A program made the translations under genes and the position numbers. Below are positions 38,779-45,863 of a stretch of DNA of 64,000 nt, in pieces. Source of the stretch: an uncultured Phocaeicola sp. (lineage in GTDB: Bacteria > Bacteroidota > Bacteroidia > Bacteroidales > Bacteroidaceae); contig CAZSYY010000006.1 in assembly GCA_964611375.1 (NCBI GenBank), positions 12 to 64,011 of the forward strand, given 5' to 3'. The notes under the pieces are model-generated. The model was not told where the DNA came from, made no database searches, and was given only the letters and a program-made list of their open reading frames with translations. Numbering within the stretch: the first letter of the stretch is position 1; each line of letters starts with the position of its first letter.

Positions 38779-39885
38779 ATGAAAAGAAAATATATATTCA
38801 AATGGTTGTTGTCCATAGTGCCGGCATTGACTCTGCTTACCGGCTGCGACGAAGAGGAAATTGTTTTTGAAAGCGATATTCCACGGTTTGAAATACGGGA
38901 AGACCGGATACTGATAGAAGTTCTCGTACCTTCTTCCACCCCTACAAATGACGAGATATACATTGTGGGAGCCTTTAACGGAGGTGAAGAGAGCGCAGTT
39001 GGCAATCTGGAATGGCAATTGGAGATGTCGTCCGATTACAACTATAGATACGGCATCTACCTTAATCCTTCAACTTTTGTCACAGACACTTCGTTAGGCG
39101 ACGGATTCTACTTCTATTCTGCTTCACAGGGAGCTGAGCGTGATCTTAAAGGAAACGAGGTTATACACACTGATGATCAGGAAGTGGGGACACGCACCAA
39201 CATTACGATTCCCCGCTGGGCTTCTTATTTCACAAGTTCCGATAACGATGATGAAGATGCGATAACGCACGACGGCTATGTGATATACGTGATAGATGAT
39301 AGCGGATACGAGACACTGGCATTGTATGCCTGGGGAGATGCCGAAGCATTCGGTTCATGGCCTGGCATGACGCAGACAGGAACAGTAACAATATCCGGAC
39401 AAGAATATGTCTACTTCGATACCGGAGCCGATAATGAAGGGCTTACGCTGAACCTCATTTTCAACAATAACAACAATGGCTCACAACTTGCGGACTTTGA
39501 AGTGACGTTAAGCCGCGACTACTATCTGCTGGTGACAGCCGATGGGGTGACGGAAATCGATCCTGACGACTATTCGATAACGCACGACGGCTATACGATA
39601 TATGCGATAGACAATAGCGGATACGAGACATTGGCATTGTATGCCTGGGGAGATGCCGAAGCATTCGGTTCATGGCCTGGCATGACGCAGACAGGAACAG
39701 TAACAATATCCGGACAAGAATATGTCTACTTCGATACCGGAGCCGATAATGAAGGGCTTACGCTGAACCTCATTTTCAACAATAACAACAATGGCTCACA
39801 ACTTGCGGACTTTGAAGTGACGCTGAACCGTGACTACTATCTGGAGGTGACAGCCGACGGGGTGACAGAAATCGATACTAATTAA
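38779..39885 (+). CDS. Surface starch-binding lipoprotein (CBM20-like domain plus two CBM26-like modules)
   Basis: Lipobox LTGCDEEE; N-domain VPSSTP..IYIVGAFN; two copies of LYAWG...GSWPG...LIFNN. Confidence 0.8.
   Translation: MKRKYIFKWLLSIVPALTLLTGCDEEEIVFESDIPRFEIREDRILIEVLVPSSTPTNDEIYIVGAFNGGEESAVGNLEWQLEMSSDYNYRYGIYLNPSTFVTDTSLGDGFYFYSASQGAERDLKGNEVIHTDDQEVGTRTNITIPRWASYFTSSDNDDEDAITHDGYVIYVIDDSGYETLALYAWGDAEAFGSWPGMTQTGTVTISGQEYVYFDTGADNEGLTLNLIFNNNNNGSQLADFEVTLSRDYYLLVTADGVTEIDPDDYSITHDGYTIYAIDNSGYETLALYAWGDAEAFGSWPGMTQTGTVTISGQEYVYFDTGADNEGLTLNLIFNNNNNGSQLADFEVTLNRDYYLEVTADGVTEIDTN
39260..39876 (+). repeat. Intragenic tandem duplication: two ~302-bp copies at 315-bp period
   Basis: 39260-39561 vs 39575-39876; 15 mismatches by hand count; central 191 bp identical. 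Confidence 0.95.
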
Positions 39886-39902
39886 ATCTAAAAATTGTGT
39901 AT

Positions 39903-41255
39903 ATGAATAAAACAATAAAAATATTGGTGTCACTACTGACTGCGAGTTGTATGATCGGTATTGGCGCCTGTTCGGATGACAACAAATCGTCTGCAACGGA
40001 CGAACAAACGGCATCGGATGAGCTGAAAGGAAACGAGATGATTATATACGAAGCCAATCCGCGTTTCTTTGCAGCATCCCAATGTTTGAATGCGATAAGC
40101 GAACAGTTGGATGACATAAAGAGCATGGGAGCCACGGTATTGTGGCTTATGCCCATCTATGAGCCTGGCGAATTGAACTCGATAGGTTCTCCATACTGCA
40201 TAAAGAACTTTACTGCAGTGAACCCGACATACGGCACGCTGGATGACCTGACGGCATTGGTGGAAAAAGCACACACTGCGGGCATGAAAGTGATGCTGGA
40301 CTGGGTGGCCAACCACACTTCGTGGGACAATGTGTGGATAACGGAGCACCCGGACTGGTACACGCAGGACGAGGACGGCAATATCATTTCGCCGGAAGGC
40401 CAGAACTGGACCGATGTGGCCGACCTGAATTATGACAATGAAGACATGCGGGAGGCCATGATGGATGCAATGCTTTATTGGGTGAACGCTGCTGGAATAG
40501 ACGGTTTCCGCTGTGACTATACGGACGGAGTGCCCCATGACTTCTGGTCGGAAGCTATCACACGTCTGCGCGCTGTCAATCCGGACTTTATCATGCTGTC
40601 GGAAAGCGAGGGTTCAGACTATTGGGACGACGGATTCGACATGATGTACGGTTGGGATTACGCCTCAAGGCTTGCCAGACTGTTTAAGGGCAGTGTGACG
40701 CCTTACGACTTCCTGGAATATGCCGTAGAGGATTATGAGAGCACGCCGGAAGGCAAAGCAGTCATGCGGTATGTGTACAATCACGATGTGGCATCCGAAA
40801 ATACGCTGAACGACTTGTACGGAGCGGTTGATGCACTTCCGGCGGCCTACGTACTGACAGCTATGCTTGACGGGGTCCCGTTGTTGTATTCTTCCATGGA
40901 AACGGTCATCAATGGAAACAGTTCTCTTTCCTTCTTCACGTACAATCCCCTACAATGGGATGAAAACATGAAAGATCTGTATGCTTCCATCAACAGCGTG
41001 TATGCCGCTACTGCAGAGGTGCGCGGCGGAGACATACTGTCGTATAATGAAGGAGACGAAGCTGCCGTGTTCGCGCATATCACTTCTGAACACAGCCTGC
41101 TGGTGATGGTTAACGTTACGAACAATACGGTGACAGTGAAAGTGCCAATCGCTTACGAAGGCATTTCGATGCAGGATATGTTTTCCGGAGATGTTGCGGA
41201 AATGCCCGTATCCGTAAATCTGGAAGCATACGGGTATGCAGTATATTATAAATAG
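39903..41255 (+). CDS. GH13 alpha-amylase-family lipoprotein
   Basis: Lipobox IGACSDDN; LWLMPI, DWVANH, GFRCDY (nucleophile), SESE (acid/base), NHD. Confidence 0.92.
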   Translation: MNKTIKILVSLLTASCMIGIGACSDDNKSSATDEQTASDELKGNEMIIYEANPRFFAASQCLNAISEQLDDIKSMGATVLWLMPIYEPGELNSIGSPYCIKNFTAVNPTYGTLDDLTALVEKAHTAGMKVMLDWVANHTSWDNVWITEHPDWYTQDEDGNIISPEGQNWTDVADLNYDNEDMREAMMDAMLYWVNAAGIDGFRCDYTDGVPHDFWSEAITRLRAVNPDFIMLSESEGSDYWDDGFDMMYGWDYASRLARLFKGSVTPYDFLEYAVEDYESTPEGKAVMRYVYNHDVASENTLNDLYGAVDALPAAYVLTAMLDGVPLLYSSMETVINGNSSLSFFTYNPLQWDENMKDLYASINSVYAATAEVRGGDILSYNEGDEAAVFAHITSEHSLLVMVNVTNNTVTVKVPIAYEGISMQDMFSGDVAEMPVSVNLEAYGYAVYYK

Positions 41256-41301
41256 CAAACCGGAAAGCAGCACGAAAGGCTATGACGGGAAATAACAATT
41301 C

Positions 41302-41361
41302 ATATCCGCATCCGGCCACACACAACGGTACTGTTCCGGGAGGTGTGGCGAATGCGGATAT
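41302..41361 (+). other. Intra-operon stem-loop between GH13 and GH97
   Basis: ATATCCGCAT/ATGCGGATAT and GCCACAC/GTGTGGC arms; no U-tract. Confidence 0.6.
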
Positions 41362-41381
41362 CAAATTCAAACTGAACGAAC

Positions 41382-43502
41382 ATGAATATGATTTATAGCA
41401 ACAAGATGTTGGGAACAACACTGCTTTGCCTGTCGTTGCAGGCATTGCCTGCGGGAGCACAAGAATTGCTTTCCCCCGACGGTGAATTGCGTCTTACCGT
41501 TAGTGTCACTCAAGCCGGACAACCGGAATATTCATTGTACTACAAAGGAGCGACTGTGCTCGAAAAGAGCTGTTTGGGATTGTCTGCACGTGAGACAGAC
41601 TTTACGGCCGGATTCTATGTCGGCGACACGGCATATTCTGCATGTGACGAAACTTGGGAGCCTGTCTGGGGAGAATATGCAAAAGTGCGAAACCATTACA
41701 ACGAAATGGCGGTCACATTCACCCGCAATGATGATGTGGAGATGGTAGTGCGTTTCCGTCTGTTCGATGACGGACTTGGATTCCGGTATGAGCTTCCCGA
41801 ACAGAGAAACAACTACCTTACTCTGACGGGTGAGGCGACAGAGTTCAACCTTCCTGCGGACAATATCATGTACTGCATTCCCGGTGACTACGATACTGAC
41901 GAATATCTGTATGTGACCGCTCCTCTGTCGGAGATCGCGGCTCCAATCATGCAAAGGAAAGGCAGACACTCTGAAAGCCAGGCAATAGACAGACTGTCCG
42001 TGCAGACACCTCTTATGATGAAAAGTCCTGACGGTAGCCAATATGTCAACATCCACGAGGCTGCACTGGTGGGTTACCCGGCCATGTCGCTCGATGTGGA
42101 TACTGTGTCGCGAAAGTTGTCGGCACATCTCACTCCCGACCGCAACGGAGTGCGTGCCTATCTGCAACTGCCTTTCAATACGCCTTGGCGCACTGTCATC
42201 GTCAGTGATGATGCATGCGACATACTTTCCTCACAGCTCGTCTATAACCTGAACGAGCCATGCGCCTTGGAAGATGTATCGTGGATAACACCGCAAAAAT
42301 TCATTGGAGTATGGTGGGAGATGTTCGTGACCGACCGGACATGGGCATACAGCGACTGCTATAATGCAAAGCCCGGGGTGACTGATTACACCAAACTGGA
42401 ACCGAATGGGCGCCATGCGGCCAATACAGAGAACGTAAAGAAATATATTGATTTTGCTGCGGAAAACGGCATTCCTTCCGTACTGGTGGAAGGTTGGAAC
42501 GAAGGTTGGGAAGACTGGGCAAGCTACCGCAAGAACCGGCACTTCCTGTATGACTCTCCCTACCCTGACTTCGATGTTGACGGATTGCAAAAGTATGCTT
42601 CAGACAGAGGAGTGCGGCTGATTATGCACCATGAGACGGCTGCCAATGCTGCTGATTATGAGCGGCAGCTGGACGCTGCATTCCGTTATATGAAAGAACA
42701 CGGATACAACACCGTCAAGACTGGTTACGTGGGTGCCATAATACCGAGAAGCGAACATCACTCTTCACAATGGATGGTTGACCATTACATCTATGTGGCC
42801 AAACGTGCAGCAGACTACGAAATAATGGTGAACAGCCACGAAGCTGTACGTCCGACAGGACTGTGCCGTACATATCCCAACTGGCTGGCACAAGAGTCTG
42901 CACGCGGAGGCGAATTTGAGTCTATGGGCGGCAATCCTCCTGAGCATACCTGCATACTTCCGTTCACCCGTCTGAAAGGCGGCCCGATGGATTATACGCC
43001 GGGTCTGTTCGAAACAAGGATGTCTTATTATGATGAAGGGAAAAAAGGACAGGCTGGTACCACGATTGCCCGACAGCTGGCCTTGTACCTCACAATGCCA
43101 AGTCCGCTGCAAATGGCTTGTGACCTGCCGGACAACTACAGACGTTTCGAGGATGCTTTTCAGTTTATTAAGGATGTGCCTGTAAACTGGAGCGACAGCC
43201 GTTACCTGGAAGCAGAACCGGGAGACTATATCACCGTAGCCCGCAAAGATAAAAACTCTGATGAATGGTATGTTGGCGGTATTACCGACGAAAATGCGCG
43301 CACCGCTGTCATAGACTTCAGTTTCTTGCCTCAGGGCGTGAAGTATGAGGCAACCGTTTATGCTGACGGGAAAGACGCAGATTGGAAAGATAATCCTCAG
43401 TCATACAGCATTTACCACAAAACAGTCACCAGTAAAACAGTAATGAAACAGAAAATTGCGGCGGGAGGCGGCTTCGCAATCCGTCTCGTACCGAAATCAT
43501 GA
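41382..43502 (+). CDS. susB: GH97 alpha-glucosidase (SusB-like, inverting type)
   Basis: Signal peptide; HEAAL, TPWR, GVWWEM, VLVEGWN, IMHHET, NSHEAVRPTG, QESARGGE, PFTR, MDYTPG. Confidence 0.92.
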   Translation: MNMIYSNKMLGTTLLCLSLQALPAGAQELLSPDGELRLTVSVTQAGQPEYSLYYKGATVLEKSCLGLSARETDFTAGFYVGDTAYSACDETWEPVWGEYAKVRNHYNEMAVTFTRNDDVEMVVRFRLFDDGLGFRYELPEQRNNYLTLTGEATEFNLPADNIMYCIPGDYDTDEYLYVTAPLSEIAAPIMQRKGRHSESQAIDRLSVQTPLMMKSPDGSQYVNIHEAALVGYPAMSLDVDTVSRKLSAHLTPDRNGVRAYLQLPFNTPWRTVIVSDDACDILSSQLVYNLNEPCALEDVSWITPQKFIGVWWEMFVTDRTWAYSDCYNAKPGVTDYTKLEPNGRHAANTENVKKYIDFAAENGIPSVLVEGWNEGWEDWASYRKNRHFLYDSPYPDFDVDGLQKYASDRGVRLIMHHETAANAADYERQLDAAFRYMKEHGYNTVKTGYVGAIIPRSEHHSSQWMVDHYIYVAKRAADYEIMVNSHEAVRPTGLCRTYPNWLAQESARGGEFESMGGNPPEHTCILPFTRLKGGPMDYTPGLFETRMSYYDEGKKGQAGTTIARQLALYLTMPSPLQMACDLPDNYRRFEDAFQFIKDVPVNWSDSRYLEAEPGDYITVARKDKNSDEWYVGGITDENARTAVIDFSFLPQGVKYEATVYADGKDADWKDNPQSYSIYHKTVTSKTVMKQKIAAGGGFAIRLVPKS

Positions 43503-43530
43503 CATAAGACGGACTACCGTAACTGTCGGC

Positions 43531-43580
43531 AACAAAAGCAGCAGCCAATCACTTGAATATTGATTGGCTGCTGCTTTGTT
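43531..43580 (+). terminator. Terminator ending the PUL
   Basis: 17-bp inverted repeat AAAGCAGCAGCCAATCA/TGATTGGCTGCTGCTTT followed by GTTATTTT. Confidence 0.85.
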
Positions 43581-43605
43581 ATTTTGGCAAATTATACTAT
43601 ATTTG
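43575..43605 (+). promoter_or_regulatory. Sigma-A promoter of the rsiV-like to gcvP operon
   Basis: TTTG 43575-43578, 19-nt spacer, TATATTTG 43598-43605. Confidence 0.65.
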
Positions 43606-43671
43606 TACATCAAACGGAACCAACCGCAAGCCTATAAAGGCTGAACAGTTATTCTGCAAACAGAACGATCA

Positions 43672-44529
43672 ATGAATACAAAAAAACTGCTTTTTACGAC
43701 CCTCATAACGGGTGTTGGAATATACATGACGCTTGTCGGATGCACAGAAGGACAATATTCCGAAAACGCCATAGTCAATGTGTGCCTGAACGATACGACC
43801 GTACGCCTTGTCAGTGGTGACGAATCGTCCCCCTACTGTCACATAAAACTGAAATTTGCCTATCTCAATCCTTACGAAAAGAACGACTCTTCATCGGAAG
43901 CGGTCAACCATACGCTGAAGCAAATGTACTTCGGTGACCTATATGCCGGACTTTCTCCGCACAAATTCATCGACACAATCACAGCCGGCCTGATAGATGA
44001 CTATCGCCATGACGTAGAAGAATCCTACTTCACAGACTTAAGAAACGGTGTCAGAGCTGAAAACATGCCATCATGGTATAACTATGAGTTTGAAATCACG
44101 TCAGAACTGGAGAAAGGGCGTAACGGCATATGGAACTACCGGATAGCAACTTTCCAATACACGGGAGGGGCACACCCCAACCGCTGGTCGAAATGGGTAA
44201 ACATTGATGAGAAGACAGGGAAACCAATTGAAGGAAAAACGGTATTTGCCAAAGCTGACAGTGCAGGAATTCACAATCTGATACTCGAAAACATAATCGC
44301 TATCTCAAACAGCCGGCTCGATACGGACACCATCACTTCAATTGAAGGGTTGCGGGCTAACGGAGTGCTGCTCAATGAAGACGTATTCATACCAGAAAAT
44401 TTCCTGCTGAAAAACGATGGAGTGGAGTTCCTATACAATCCTTACGAAATAGCTTCCTACTCCATGGGCAGTTTTGAGTTTAAGATCCCAGATGAGGATA
44501 TATCACCATATTTGACTGAAAAACAATAA
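43672..44529 (+). CDS. RsiV/DUF3298-family lipoprotein
   Basis: Lipobox LVGC; YTGGAHPN; FLYNPYEIASYSMG. Confidence 0.85.
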   Translation: MNTKKLLFTTLITGVGIYMTLVGCTEGQYSENAIVNVCLNDTTVRLVSGDESSPYCHIKLKFAYLNPYEKNDSSSEAVNHTLKQMYFGDLYAGLSPHKFIDTITAGLIDDYRHDVEESYFTDLRNGVRAENMPSWYNYEFEITSELEKGRNGIWNYRIATFQYTGGAHPNRWSKWVNIDEKTGKPIEGKTVFAKADSAGIHNLILENIIAISNSRLDTDTITSIEGLRANGVLLNEDVFIPENFLLKNDGVEFLYNPYEIASYSMGSFEFKIPDEDISPYLTEKQ

Positions 44530-44547
44530 AAAGATACAGAAACACAA

Positions 44548-45171
44548 ATGGAAATCATCAACAAATATTTCCCTGAACTGACAGAAGAACAGAAACGGCA
44601 GTTTGCAGCCTTGTATGAACTGTACACGGAATGGAACAGCAAGATAAACGTGATCTCGCGCAAGGACATCACTAATCTCTATGAACATCATGTTCTGCAT
44701 TCATTGGGCATAGCCAAAGTCATCCGGTTTCGTCCCGGTACGGAAATCATGGATGTAGGTACAGGAGGTGGCTTTCCGGGAATTCCGCTTGCCATAATGT
44801 TCCCGGAATCGCATTTCCACCTGGTAGACAGCGTAGGTAAAAAAATAAAGGTGGCATCTGAAGTGGCACATGCTATCGGACTGACAAACGTAACCATCTG
44901 TCAATGCCGTGCAGAAGAAGAAAAAGGAAAGTTCGACTTTGCTGTGAGCCGCGCCACGATGACGCTTGCAGACCTGCTGAAAGTCATCCGAAATAACATC
45001 AAGAAAGAGCAGAAGAATTCCTTCCCCAACGGATTGATATGTCTGAAAGGAGGCGATATCACTCGCGAAATACAACCGTTCAAGCACAAATCGGAAGTCA
45101 TCGAACTGAAGACCTATTTTACTGAAGAGTATTTCGACACAAAGAAAGTGGTATATGTAGCTGTCAACTAA
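44548..45171 (+). CDS. rsmG: 16S rRNA m7G527 methyltransferase
   Basis: WNSKINVISR, HVLHSL, DVGTGGGFPGIPL, VSRA, LKGG. Confidence 0.96.
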   Translation: MEIINKYFPELTEEQKRQFAALYELYTEWNSKINVISRKDITNLYEHHVLHSLGIAKVIRFRPGTEIMDVGTGGGFPGIPLAIMFPESHFHLVDSVGKKIKVASEVAHAIGLTNVTICQCRAEEEKGKFDFAVSRATMTLADLLKVIRNNIKKEQKNSFPNGLICLKGGDITREIQPFKHKSEVIELKTYFTEEYFDTKKVVYVAVN

Positions 45172-45182
45172 TAATAACAACG

Positions 45183-45824
45183 ATGAAAATAAAGTGTTTT
45201 GAATTCAACATGTTTCCGGTCAACTGCTACGTACTGGCCGACGAGACAACGGACGAGGCTGTCATCATCGATGCAGGATGCTACTATAAGGAAGAACAGC
45301 AGCGGTTGAAAAGTTTCATCACGGAACACCGTCTCACCGTAAAGCACTTGCTAAACACTCATCTCCATGCCGACCATATATTCGGGAATGCTTTTGTGGA
45401 ACGAGAATTTGGGGTGAAGCCGGAAGCCGGGCAAGGCGACGAATTCATGCTTGCCGGACTTTCCGCATTTTGCATGTCATTCGGGTTCCCCCTGAACGAA
45501 GATACAGTCTCGTTAGGACACTACGTCACCGATGGAGAAATCATCCGCTTCGGGAATACGGAACTGAAAGCCATATCCGTACCAGGACACTCTCCGGGGA
45601 GCATGGTGTACTACTGCGAAAAGGATCATTGCCTCTTCAGCGGTGACACTATCTTCAAGGGAAGCATAGGACGGGCAGACTTGGAAGGAGGAAATTTCGA
45701 TGATCTTCGTGAAAACATTGTCTCCAGACTTTTTGTACTACCTGACGAGACTACAGTATTTCCGGGACACGGCGACGAGACAAATATCGGTCATGAAAAA
45801 ATGAACAACCCATTTTTCCGTTGA
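45183..45824 (+). CDS. MBL-fold metallo-hydrolase (glyoxalase II/YcbL-like)
   Basis: NTHLHADH, PGHSPGS, SGDTIF, PGHG. Confidence 0.9.
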   Translation: MKIKCFEFNMFPVNCYVLADETTDEAVIIDAGCYYKEEQQRLKSFITEHRLTVKHLLNTHLHADHIFGNAFVEREFGVKPEAGQGDEFMLAGLSAFCMSFGFPLNEDTVSLGHYVTDGEIIRFGNTELKAISVPGHSPGSMVYYCEKDHCLFSGDTIFKGSIGRADLEGGNFDDLRENIVSRLFVLPDETTVFPGHGDETNIGHEKMNNPFFR

Positions 45825-45863
45825 ACTTCCTCCGAAAAGCTAAAATCATAAAACTCAACAATC

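Noticed and set aside
39462-39477. AAC/AAT run encoding NNNNN as a phase-variable repeat
   Set aside because: Mixed codons, in frame, and identical in both CBM copies; not a slippage tract.
31955-43600. Integrative element or genomic island at tRNA-Thr
   Set aside because: No integrase or mobility gene, and no duplicated tRNA 3' end seen after GH97; only the adjacency is supported.
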